Source of the DNA: an uncultured Actinomycetes bacterium | GTDB taxonomy: Bacteria > Actinomycetota > Actinomycetes > S36-B12 > UBA10799 | Length of the DNA: 64,000 nucleotides | Direction of reading: 5' to 3' | NCBI GenBank assembly: GCA_963752505.1 | Contig: CAVVYM010000008.1 | Coordinates: 65,720 to 129,719, forward strand | Shown: positions 45,152 through 53,651 of the stretch, piece by piece | Numbering within the stretch: position 1 is the first letter of the stretch | How the letters are laid out: every line of letters starts with the position of its first letter | Notes under the pieces: generated by a model | What the model was told of the DNA's origin: nothing | What the model saw: the letters and a program-made list of their open reading frames with translations, nothing else | Database searches by the model: none | Program-made: the position numbers and the translations under genes

Positions 45152-45649
45152 ATGTCCGTGAATCGGTGGCACACTCGACGGGCCTCAATCGCCGAGGCGC
45201 CTCAGGTTGCCCAGTTGCTGCACGACTTCAACACGGAGTTCGATACTCCCACGCCCGGAGTGGGGGTGCTGGATCTCCGGCTGCGACGACTTTTCGCCGG
45301 AGGTGCCACGTATTGCATTCTGGCTGGTGATCCGCCGCTAGGTGTCGCGCTGGTCACACTTCGACCCAACGTTTGGTTTGACGGCCCAGTCGCGCTGGTA
45401 GACGAGTTCTACGTGATGCCGGGGCATCGTGGCCAAGGAGTGGGTTCGGCGATCATCGAACACCTCCTCACCGCTACACAGGAGTTGGACTGCCAGTTGG
45501 TAGAGATCAATGTCGACGAGGGCGACCACGACGCCCGCCGCTTCTACGAGCGACACGGCTTCTCCACCTCGGACCCTGAGAGCGGAGAACAGGCGTTGCA
45601 CTACTACCAAGAGATTGCCGGCTGGGCTGCGCCACAATGTCCGCCATGA
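45152..45649 (+). CDS. GNAT-family N-acetyltransferase
   Basis: 165 aa from the ATG at 45152, with GGGAAGG 9-15 nt upstream. Acetyl-CoA motif A reads VMPGHRGQGVGSAIIEHLL, followed by RRFYERHGF. The first 97 codons of the track ORF are antisense to infA and were trimmed. Confidence 0.8.
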   Translation: MSVNRWHTRRASIAEAPQVAQLLHDFNTEFDTPTPGVGVLDLRLRRLFAGGATYCILAGDPPLGVALVTLRPNVWFDGPVALVDEFYVMPGHRGQGVGSAIIEHLLTATQELDCQLVEINVDEGDHDARRFYERHGFSTSDPESGEQALHYYQEIAGWAAPQCPP

Positions 45650-46497
45650 GTGTCGCCGTTGTGACTTGTCGAGAGATGCCGGAACCCGATGTGGACGAGG
45701 ATCTGCTGCTGGATGCCCTCCGCGCGGCCGACTTGGCACCGACCTTGACCGCCTGGGACGACCCCAGCATTGAGTGGAACGCATTCGATCTGGCGGTGCT
45801 TCGATCGCCGTGGAACTACATCGAGCGGCTAGATGACTTCCTGGAATGGGCCACCTTGGCAAGCGCTCAGACCCGCCTGCTCAACCCCGTCGAAGTCGTG
45901 CGCTGGAACACCCACAAGGGTTATCTCCGCGATCTTGCGTATCAAGGTGTCCCAGTGGTGCCGACTGCGTGGGTTGGGGCAGACGAAGCAGTAGACCTCG
46001 CCGAGATCATGGCCGACCGCGGTTGGCATGACGTCGTTGCCAAGCCAGTGGTGGGCGCGGGATCCTTCCTCACCGACCGCATCACTGACCCCACCAGTGC
46101 CCCTGTACGCGACTTCTGGCGTCGCCTATTGGCCAACGGGGAGGTGATGGTGCAGCCGTATCTGGAGTCGGTCGAGGACTACGGCGAGCGATCGGTGATT
46201 TGGATCGATGGCGATTTCACCCACGCGATCCGCAAGAGCCCCCGGCTGGGTGATGCACCCGAACACGTCAGCGACGCCCTAGCCATCGCCGACGATGAGC
46301 GACGCTTGGCCGAAGAGATCATCTCCGACCTCGACCCCGAGTTGCTCTACGCGCGGATCGACCTCATCCGCGACAGCGAGGGCCGGCCACTACTCGCTGA
46401 ACTTGAACTCGTCGAGCCATCGCTCTTCCTGCTGCAGGCCCCAAACGCTTTGGCGCGACTAGTCGCAGGCATCGCCGCACGCGCCACTGCCGACTAG
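45646..46497 (+). CDS. ATP-grasp fold ligase, substrate unknown
   Basis: 283 aa from the ATG at 45646, which forms an ATGA overlap with the GNAT stop. ATP-grasp pattern: WNTHKGYL, VVAKPVVGAGS, MVQPYLESV, ARIDLIRDSEGRPLLAELELVEPSLF. An alternative ATG lies at 45637. Confidence 0.72.
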   Translation: MSVAVVTCREMPEPDVDEDLLLDALRAADLAPTLTAWDDPSIEWNAFDLAVLRSPWNYIERLDDFLEWATLASAQTRLLNPVEVVRWNTHKGYLRDLAYQGVPVVPTAWVGADEAVDLAEIMADRGWHDVVAKPVVGAGSFLTDRITDPTSAPVRDFWRRLLANGEVMVQPYLESVEDYGERSVIWIDGDFTHAIRKSPRLGDAPEHVSDALAIADDERRLAEEIISDLDPELLYARIDLIRDSEGRPLLAELELVEPSLFLLQAPNALARLVAGIAARATAD

Positions 46498-48248
46498 GCC
46501 TCGGGCAGCGGCGGGTCGGCGCAACCAGTGTGGGTGAGCCCCGAAGGAAAGGTCCATCGCCAAGCGGGCTCGGGACCGGGCACGTTCTCCAACTGGAAGC
46601 CGTGGTGAGTCTTCATGTTGTGATGCACCCGGCACAGCGGGCCGAGGTTCGCAGCCACAGTGCCCGGCGCTGCCGGATACGGGACTGTGTGGTCCAGATC
46701 GCAGTCCACTGATCGGCGAGCGCAACCGGGCATCCGGCACGACACTTCGCGGGCACGGATCAGGCGTGAAAGTGACGCCGATGGGGTGTAGCTGCGCGAT
46801 CCGGTCGCGACCACATTCCCTCCAGCACCGTCCGTGACCCATAGCCGCCAGCGACCGTCTGCGGCCAACTCGCGAGCAACGTCGGCATCCACCGGACCGA
46901 CCCCGTCGACGACGCCACAAGCCTCAGAGATGCCGAGCAAGGTGTCCATCGACACCACCACTGACACCTCGGTCTTGCCCTCGTGATCAGGGCAGACATG
47001 GGCGGCGTTGGCGTCTCCCAATCCACCCGGAGCAGAGTCGGGCAACGTGCCGACATGAGCTGCGAGCAGGAGCCCGACAAGCAGGTCCGCGCGACGCTGA
47101 TCTGCTGAGCGCACATCATCCGGGTCGTCAGCCTTCACCGCGGCCGCAGCAGCAGTCAATCGAGCGTGGATGCGCCGAGCCTCGACCTCCGGTATGTAGG
47201 CATTGAGCCAGGCCATTCCGTCGGTACCAGGGGACACCGTGACTCGCCGCTCTTGATAGGCCGCCCCCCGAGCGTCGGCCTGCTCGTCCCCTGCCACGGC
47301 CAAGACCACCGCCCGAACCGCCCTGCGCGCGGTGCCAGGAGTCCAACCAGCGCGGTCCGCAGCCTTGCGCGCTCGTGCCTTTGAAACCATCCGGTCGATC
47401 ACTTCGGCGCGCGCACCCTCGGAAAGTCGCGCAGTTTCGGTCATTACCACCTGACCCGCCCCGGCCGACACCGCGCCATCCGCTATCAACGCCGCCCACT
47501 CGGGAAAGGCCGTAAGGTCGCGAGCAGCACAGATCCGGGCCGCCACCGACAATGGCGACAGGTGCAAGACCGCAGCCAACTCCTCGCGGGAAACGTCCAG
47601 TGCGCGACCTGCCGGTACCTCTTGCGGGACCAAGACCCGAGGTGTGGCCCCGGCAGCATCAACCACAGCTTCGGCCGCCTTCACCCCCAACCAGCCGGCG
47701 ACCGCCTGCCACCCCGCCACCATGATCACCTGACAGGCACACGGGCCGACCTCCGCCACGGTTGGACCGTGGTCAACCGGGCACACTTCACGCGAGCCCA
47801 AGCGCACGAGTTCAGCCACAAGCTCCGGCCCTGGCGAGAGGTGCATCAACGCGCGCACATCGGCACCCACCACATCTGAATCCCACTCCCGGCGCACCCA
47901 ACCTGCGAGTTCCGACTGGTCGCCGCGATCCGCCCGAGCACGATCCGCCCCGGCAGCATCCGCCCGAGCAGCATCGCCCCACTCCAACTCGTCGGCGGAC
48001 ATCACCTCGGCAGCCTCACGCAACTGATCCAAGGTGGGTTCAACCACGTCGTCCCACCACAACGGCTCGACGGGTGCCGCCCCCATGAGCATCGCACCGG
48101 ACGACAACTGGCCGACGCCAGCTGCGATCCTCGCAGCCACTACACGTTCGTCTGCGGATGGCTCCCCAACCCCGCGCACAACCCCGCGCATCACATGCCC
48201 CCCAATAGCTAGACGTTCTTCCGCTGGAAGTAGCCTTTCACCCACCAC
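46494..48248 (-). CDS. DUF222 / HNH endonuclease family protein (13E12-repeat-type)
   Basis: 584 aa. Ala/Arg-rich DUF222-like body, with a C-terminal HNH module CRMPGCARRSVDCDLDHTVPY...GPLCRVHHNMKTHHG. This is a family commonly found at variable loci in actinobacterial genomes. Confidence 0.82.
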   Translation of the reverse strand: MVGERLLPAEERLAIGGHVMRGVVRGVGEPSADERVVAARIAAGVGQLSSGAMLMGAAPVEPLWWDDVVEPTLDQLREAAEVMSADELEWGDAARADAAGADRARADRGDQSELAGWVRREWDSDVVGADVRALMHLSPGPELVAELVRLGSREVCPVDHGPTVAEVGPCACQVIMVAGWQAVAGWLGVKAAEAVVDAAGATPRVLVPQEVPAGRALDVSREELAAVLHLSPLSVAARICAARDLTAFPEWAALIADGAVSAGAGQVVMTETARLSEGARAEVIDRMVSKARARKAADRAGWTPGTARRAVRAVVLAVAGDEQADARGAAYQERRVTVSPGTDGMAWLNAYIPEVEARRIHARLTAAAAAVKADDPDDVRSADQRRADLLVGLLLAAHVGTLPDSAPGGLGDANAAHVCPDHEGKTEVSVVVSMDTLLGISEACGVVDGVGPVDADVARELAADGRWRLWVTDGAGGNVVATGSRSYTPSASLSRLIRAREVSCRMPGCARRSVDCDLDHTVPYPAAPGTVAANLGPLCRVHHNMKTHHGFQLENVPGPEPAWRWTFPSGLTHTGCADPPLPEA

Positions 48249-48279
48249 TTTAGTACGTATGTACTAATCCCACAAGTGC

Positions 48280-49146
48280 CTAATCGAAACTTTGTATTGC
48301 TTCTTCATCGCTCAGCCCGCCACCGTCAAAGGCAGTGAGTACCCAAGGACCTGCAGGCGTCACCGCGACCGTGTGCTCCCAGTGCGCGGCCCGCACACCT
48401 GAGCGAGTCACCACCGTCCAGCCATCGTCGAGTTCATCAACTGCGTCTCCCCCAGCGGTGATCATCGGCTCAATCGCAATCACCATTCCCGCCCGCAGAG
48501 TGGCGCCTCGACCCGGCCGACCGGTGTTGGGGATGTTGGGCTCCATGTGCAGCGCCGATCCGATGCCGTGCCCGGTGTAGCCGGCCACGATGCCGTAGCC
48601 GGGTTGGGCGCGGCGCACGGAGGTGGCAATGGCATGCCCGATATCGCCCACCCGCGCACCCACCTGAGCCGCCGCGATACCGGCGAACAAGGCCTGCCGG
48701 GTCACATCCGACAGCCGCGCATCCGTCGGATCCTGACGCTCCCCGACCAGAACGGTCACCGCCGCGTCACCGTGCCAGCCATCGCCGTGCCAGCCCGGCG
48801 GAACCGAGCCGTCGGGTGCCCGCACAATGGCGCCGCAGTCGATCGACACCACATCGCCTTCGCTCAGCACTCGTGGCCCCGGGATGCCGTGGATGACCTC
48901 CTCGTTGACGGAGATGCACACATGCGCTGGGAAACCCCCGTAGCCCAGAAAACTGGGCTCCGCGCCGGCGTCGGCTATGACCCTCGCCGCCACCTCATCG
49001 AGGTCGCCCGTCGTCACTCCTGGCCGCGCCGCCTGTGCTGTCGCAGCCAGCGCCTGCGCCACCACCAGCCCCGCCGACCGCATCAGCCGCAGTTGCTCGG
49101 GGGGCTTGATTTCAAAGCGTGGACGCCGGAACACCGCACTCCTCAT
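48280..49146 (-). CDS. map: type I methionine aminopeptidase (with internal GWHGD duplication)
   Basis: 288 aa (VCISVNEEVIHGIPG, DVVSIDCGA, GWHGDGWHGD, GYTGHGIG, IEPM, HWEHT). Confidence 0.93.
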   Translation of the reverse strand: MRSAVFRRPRFEIKPPEQLRLMRSAGLVVAQALAATAQAARPGVTTGDLDEVAARVIADAGAEPSFLGYGGFPAHVCISVNEEVIHGIPGPRVLSEGDVVSIDCGAIVRAPDGSVPPGWHGDGWHGDAAVTVLVGERQDPTDARLSDVTRQALFAGIAAAQVGARVGDIGHAIATSVRRAQPGYGIVAGYTGHGIGSALHMEPNIPNTGRPGRGATLRAGMVIAIEPMITAGGDAVDELDDGWTVVTRSGVRAAHWEHTVAVTPAGPWVLTAFDGGGLSDEEAIQSFD

Positions 49147-49305
49147 CTGGTCAACCCTAGCCTTGCGCGGTCAGCACCCCGGCCGCTGTCAACTCGGCAT
49201 AGGTCCCGGAGTGCGTCACCTCCGGAGCCACCGGAAGTTGGCCGCGCAGCACGCGCGCGGTACGCCACGACAGCACGATTGACATCACCGCGCTGGTGGA
49301 AGGGT

Positions 49306-49872
49306 TCAGCCGCCGAGCACGGCGACGATCCGGGCGTTGACATCGTCGATGCCGCCCATACCGTCGACCTTGCGCACCAGGCCACGCTCCGAGTAGACCG
49401 CCACGATGGGCTCGGTCTCCGCGGCGTAGACCTGCAAGCGGCGGGTAATCACTTCCTCGGTGTCATCTGCGCGGCCTTCCTTGGCAGCTCGGTCGAGCAG
49501 GCGGGCAGTCACCTCGGCAGCATCGGCGGTGATCTCCACCACGGCATCCAGTTTCTTACCTTGGTCGGCGAGGATGCTGTCCAACTCGTCGACCTGAGGC
49601 AGCGTGCGCGGGTAGCCGTCGAGCAGGAATCCGGGCTCGGTGTCCGGCTGGGCCAGACGATCCCGCACCATCGCGTTGGTCACCGAATCGGGCACGTACT
49701 CGCCGCGGGACATGTACTTCTGGGCTTCTACCCCAAGGTCTGTGCCACCCTTGACGTTGGCCCGGAAGATCTCGCCAGTGGAGATGTGCGGGATGCCGAA
49801 CTTGGCCGCAATCAACTTTGCCTGGGTGCCTTTGCCGGCGCCTGGCGGTCCGATCAGGATCAGTGAGGTCAT
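49306..49872 (-). CDS. adk: adenylate kinase (short, lid without zinc Cys)
   Basis: 188 aa (LILIGPPGAGKGTQAKLIA...GFLLDGYPRT...). ATGA overlap with the secY stop. Confidence 0.96.
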   Translation of the reverse strand: MTSLILIGPPGAGKGTQAKLIAAKFGIPHISTGEIFRANVKGGTDLGVEAQKYMSRGEYVPDSVTNAMVRDRLAQPDTEPGFLLDGYPRTLPQVDELDSILADQGKKLDAVVEITADAAEVTARLLDRAAKEGRADDTEEVITRRLQVYAAETEPIVAVYSERGLVRKVDGMGGIDDVNARIVAVLGG

Positions 49873-51164
49873 CGCAGGAATCCTTCATAGTTGCGCTGCT
49901 GCAGTTGGGACTGCAGCTGCTTTACGGTGTCGAGTCCCACGCCCACCATGATCAGCAACGACGTGCCGCCGAACAGGAAACTCTGTCCGACACCTAGGAA
50001 GGCGAATCCGGCAAACGGGATGATCGCGATTATGCCCAGGTATAGCGACCCGGGGAAGGTCAAACGGGTGAGAACGTAGTTCAGGTACTCCGCCGTCGGC
50101 CGGCCCGGCCGGATTCCGGGGATGAACCCGCCGTACTTCTTCATGTCGTCCGCGACGTCCACCGGGTTGAAGGTGATGGCCACGTAGAAGTAGGCGAAGA
50201 AGATGATCAACAGGAAGTACGTGGCGAGGTACAGCGGCTCAGTGCCCGTGGTGAAGTTGCGCTGCACCCACTGCGACCAGCCCGAGGTGCTCCCTGACAG
50301 TGAGACCACCAGTTGCGGAATGTAGAGCAGTGAGGAGGCGAAGATGACCGGGATGACACCGGCCATGTTGACCTTCAGCGGAATGTAGGTCGAGGCGCCG
50401 CCGTAGAGCTTGTTGCCGACCATGCGTTTCGCGTACTGCACCGGGATGCGCCGTTGCGCCTGCTCCACGAACACCACGGCAACGATGGTGATGACAGCCA
50501 CCAGAAGGACGAGGCCGAAGGTGAACGCGCCGCGGCTTTGGTAGATGGCCGCGAATTGGGCCGGGAAGCCCGAGAGGATCGAGGCGAAGATCAGCAGGCT
50601 CATGCCGTTGCCGATGCCGCGCTCGGTGATCATCTCGCCGAACCACATCACGACCACGGTTCCGGTGGTCATCACCAGAATCATCGTGAGGATCACTGCG
50701 AGCGACTGGTCGGGCACAATGTTCTCTGAACACCCGGAAAAGAGGCGCCCGGGCGTGCGGGCCAGCGCCACGATGCCGGTGGTCTGCAGCACGGCCAGAC
50801 CCACGGTGAGGTAGCGCGTGTACTGCGTCATCTTGGCTTGCCCGGATTGGCCCTCCTTCTTGAGCGCCTCCAGGCGTGGAATCACCACCGTGAGCAGTTG
50901 GATGATGATGCTCGCGGTGATGTAGGGCACCACACCTAGGGCGAACACGCTTAGTTGCAGCAGCGCACCGCCGCTGAAGAGGTTGATCAAGCCATAGAGG
51001 GAGTTGCCCTCGACAAGTTCGATACAGCGCTGGACGCTGGAGTAGTCCACGCCGGGGGTTGGGACCACCGCGCCGAGCCGGTACAAGGCGAGAAGTCCCA
51101 GCGTGAACAGGACCTTCGTGCGCAGATCCGGCGTGCGGAAGATCGACGCTATGGCCGAGAGCAC
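49869..51164 (-). CDS. secY: preprotein translocase subunit SecY
   Basis: About 431 aa. The GTG at 51164 gives MLSAIASIFRTPDLRTKVLFTLG and has GGAGG 5 nt upstream. The track start at 51170 abuts that SD. Confidence 0.96.
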   Translation of the reverse strand: MLSAIASIFRTPDLRTKVLFTLGLLALYRLGAVVPTPGVDYSSVQRCIELVEGNSLYGLINLFSGGALLQLSVFALGVVPYITASIIIQLLTVVIPRLEALKKEGQSGQAKMTQYTRYLTVGLAVLQTTGIVALARTPGRLFSGCSENIVPDQSLAVILTMILVMTTGTVVVMWFGEMITERGIGNGMSLLIFASILSGFPAQFAAIYQSRGAFTFGLVLLVAVITIVAVVFVEQAQRRIPVQYAKRMVGNKLYGGASTYIPLKVNMAGVIPVIFASSLLYIPQLVVSLSGSTSGWSQWVQRNFTTGTEPLYLATYFLLIIFFAYFYVAITFNPVDVADDMKKYGGFIPGIRPGRPTAEYLNYVLTRLTFPGSLYLGIIAIIPFAGFAFLGVGQSFLFGGTSLLIMVGVGLDTVKQLQSQLQQRNYEGFLR

Positions 51165-51529
51165 TGCCACCTCCGATTGGGGAACACTGTCTTATGCAAA
51201 CCCCCGCAACCCACGGATGGCAGCACGCAAGAACCTGAGCCTAACAGCGCCCGCAGAGTCAGCCGCGGCCCAGGCACCGCGACGGCGGCGCGGCGCCGCC
51301 CCGACAGGCTAGCCGCGAGGCTGGGCGGGATAGCTGATGCGCCAGTCGCCCGTGTCCGGAATGGTGGCCAGGTCGCGGGTTGCGCCGGCGCAGAGGGCCG
51401 AGGCACGAGGCCCACCGGGACGTAGGCCCCCAGGGCCACCGGCACCAGAATCCGCGGATTCCACCAGCCGACGTGCCGGGGGCGCACCGACGCCCTGAAG
51501 GACTTTTCGCAGTCGCACTTCGAGTTTCG

Positions 51530-52753
51530 CTAGGTGGTCGTTTGGTCGGATCCTTGGGAGGGTGGGGGTAGGAGGCCCGTCAGGAAGGTGCGGGCCCTTC
51601 CGACGTACCACGGCAACACTTTGCCCCGCTCGTGGAATCCGACATGGCCGCCGTGACGGGTGATGGCTCGCTCCACGTACCCGCGACGCGCGAGCGCCCC
51701 CCAGTCCGTGTGCAGGTATGGGCTGGGCGCGATCATCGGATCGTCGAGCGCATGGATCACGAGGGTGGGCACAGTGATGCGCGGCAGATAGGGCGCAGCA
51801 GAGTTCACCTCGTAGTACTCCCCCGCGTCGCGCCAACCGTGCCGCGGCGCGGTGATCACGTCATCGAACTCCGGCAGCGTCCGTGCCCGTTCGACGCCCG
51901 CCTCCTCGGCGGCCGTCAGCCGAGACGAACCGTCGGGCGCCGGGGCCATGGCATCGCGGCGCAGAGTGCGCACGATGGCCTTCTCGTACACGCCGAACAG
52001 GCTGTTGCTCAGATGGGTCGAGCCCACCGCCAGGTCCAGCGGAGCCGAGACCGCGACACCTCCGGCGATCGGCAGTCCTTCGTAGGGTTCACCGAGGAGT
52101 TTCAGCGTCATGGCCCCACCGAGGGAAAAGCCCATGACGTACAGCGCGGGTTGCCCGTCCTTCCCCACAGCTTCGGTCTGCTCGGCCAGCGATGCGAGCA
52201 CAGCTCTGAGGTCGTCGGTCTTTCCGGCGTGGTAGGTGTGCCTGGTGGTGGCCTTGGACTGCCCCGCACTGCGCAGATCTACGCGCGCCACGTTGAAGCC
52301 CGCAGCCAACAGGCCCGCAGCGCTGGCACGCATGTAGACCGATTCCGCGGACCCGCCAAGGCCGTGCACCAGCAGCACCACGCCTGAGCCGTGCGCAGGC
52401 CCGCCGCTGGCCCCGCGAGCCGGGAGCGGACGTTCACCCCCGCCGGGTGCGGCTCTGTGCCCCAACCGGCTGCGGTGCAGAACCACGGCCAACCGGTCGC
52501 CGCTGTCGTCGGGCATGGACACCGACAGCGTGCGCGACGTCCCGTAGCGGTGGAGGTCGTAAGTTCGGGCTCGCACTCGATTTCGAATTGACTGCAGGTG
52601 CCCGGAACGGAGCCCCGCCGGCACCTGGAAGTCTGCGTTGACCACCCCGAGGCCGAAACGTGACGTCACGTTCGTCAGGGTGGCATAGGTTCTCCGATGA
52701 CCGCCAACCCCTGCGCGTCGTCGAGGGATAGATTCGCCGAGTTCACACCCCAT
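51530..52753 (-). CDS. alpha/beta-fold hydrolase (YheT-like)
   Basis: 407 aa (VVLLVHGLGGSAES, nucleophile elbow MGFSLGGAM, late HGGHVGF). It sits between rplO and secY, which as I recall are normally adjacent. Confidence 0.75.
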   Translation of the reverse strand: MGCELGESIPRRRAGVGGHRRTYATLTNVTSRFGLGVVNADFQVPAGLRSGHLQSIRNRVRARTYDLHRYGTSRTLSVSMPDDSGDRLAVVLHRSRLGHRAAPGGGERPLPARGASGGPAHGSGVVLLVHGLGGSAESVYMRASAAGLLAAGFNVARVDLRSAGQSKATTRHTYHAGKTDDLRAVLASLAEQTEAVGKDGQPALYVMGFSLGGAMTLKLLGEPYEGLPIAGGVAVSAPLDLAVGSTHLSNSLFGVYEKAIVRTLRRDAMAPAPDGSSRLTAAEEAGVERARTLPEFDDVITAPRHGWRDAGEYYEVNSAAPYLPRITVPTLVIHALDDPMIAPSPYLHTDWGALARRGYVERAITRHGGHVGFHERGKVLPWYVGRARTFLTGLLPPPSQGSDQTTT

Positions 52754-52952
52754 TCGGCGAGGTGGCCGCCAGCCCGGAAGCCAACCGCAGCAATTTGAGG
52801 GAGTTATTCGCCCGAGAACGCCCCCAAACTCCCCCCAAATCCTGCATCTGGTCCCGTAGCCAGTCTGCGCGCAAACGAATCGCGCCTCTTCTGCGCGGTT
52901 CGACGGTAATCGACGGCTACGGCGTCGCCGCCGGGTGCGACGCGCACGACAA

Positions 52953-53004
52953 AGGGGTGCGGCGAGGGCCGCGGGATTGATCCCGCGGCCCTCGCCGCAC
53001 CCCT
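52953..53004 (-). terminator. strong hairpin terminator downstream of rplO
   Basis: Perfect 24-bp stem AGGGGTGCGGCGAGGGCCGCGGGA / TCCCGCGGCCCTCGCCGCACCCCT with a TTGA loop, 18 nt after the rplO stop. On the minus strand it is followed by UUUGUCGUG. Confidence 0.75.
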
Positions 53005-53022
53005 CTGCAAAGTCGGATTGGC

Positions 53023-53475
53023 CTACTTGTCGGCCACCGTGCCGCCGGCGGCGGCAATCTTCTCCGCAGCCGACTTCGACACTGCGTCGACATCGACGTT
53101 GAGGGCCACCGCGAGATCGCCATCACCGAGGACCTTCACCTTGTGCCCACGACGCACAGCGCCCTTGGCCACCAGGTCGTCGACAGTCACGTCACCACCG
53201 GAGGGGTAGAGCGCAGCGAGTTGCGAGACGTTGACCACCTGAAAGGTGACCTTGTTGGGGTTCTTAAAGCCCTTGAGCTTCGGCAACCGCATGTGCAGCG
53301 GCATCTGGCCACCCTCAAAGGCGGCAGGCACTTGGTTGCGTGCCTTGGTCCCCTTCGTACCGCGGCCAGCGGTCTTGCCTTTGCTGGCCTCTCCCCGACC
53401 CTTGCGGGTCTTCTCGGTCTTGGCGCCGGGCGCCGGTCGCAGATGATGAACTTTCAGAGTGCCCATGGCGCTCAT
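53023..53475 (-). CDS. rplO: 50S ribosomal protein L15
   Basis: 150 aa ([36 protein letters not shown]...). Confidence 0.96.
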   Translation of the reverse strand: MSAMGTLKVHHLRPAPGAKTEKTRKGRGEASKGKTAGRGTKGTKARNQVPAAFEGGQMPLHMRLPKLKGFKNPNKVTFQVVNVSQLAALYPSGGDVTVDDLVAKGAVRRGHKVKVLGDGDLAVALNVDVDAVSKSAAEKIAAAGGTVADK

Positions 53476-53651
53476 ACCTCCTCGACGGTCACGAGGTGCG
53501 AAACCGTCTGGATCATTCCCCGCACCTGGGGGTTGTCGTCCTTTGTGACAGTGTCACCGATGCGCTTGAGGCCCAGGCTACGCAGGGTATTGCGTTGCTG
53601 GGACGTGCCGCCGATGACCGATTTCTTCTGGGTCACCTTCAACTCGGACAT
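53472..53651 (-). CDS. rpmD: 50S ribosomal protein L30
   Basis: 59 aa from the ATG at 53651 ([35 protein letters not shown]...). ATGA overlap with the rpsE stop. The longer track ORF was trimmed. Confidence 0.93.
   Translation of the reverse strand: MSELKVTQKKSVIGGTSQQRNTLRSLGLKRIGDTVTKDDNPQVRGMIQTVSHLVTVEEV

Noticed and set aside
48249-48300. LexA SOS box or RecA-independent DNA-damage promoter upstream of the HNH gene. Some 13E12-type genes are damage-inducible in mycobacteria.
   Set aside because: Neither TCGAAC-N4-GTTCGA nor the TTGTCAGTG-N8-TAnnnT type motif is present. Only the unrelated AT-rich dyad, reported separately, is there.
51309-51464. A possible 51-codon minus-strand ORF (GTG at 51464; ...ATRDLATIPDTGDWRISYPAQPRG) in the long spacer upstream of secY.
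   Set aside because: It has no SD and a Gly/Pro-rich composition typical of chance ORFs in GC-rich DNA. I recognise no family, and it is the tail of a longer shadow ORF overlapping the hydrolase gene. Ribosome profiling or conservation analysis could revisit it.
52762-53010. Two small ORFs in the rplO-hydrolase spacer: 52762-52980 (+, 72 aa) and 52804-53010 (-, 68 aa).
   Set aside because: They are mutually overlapping and low-complexity, and they run through the 24-bp terminator hairpin. Nothing supports them as coding.
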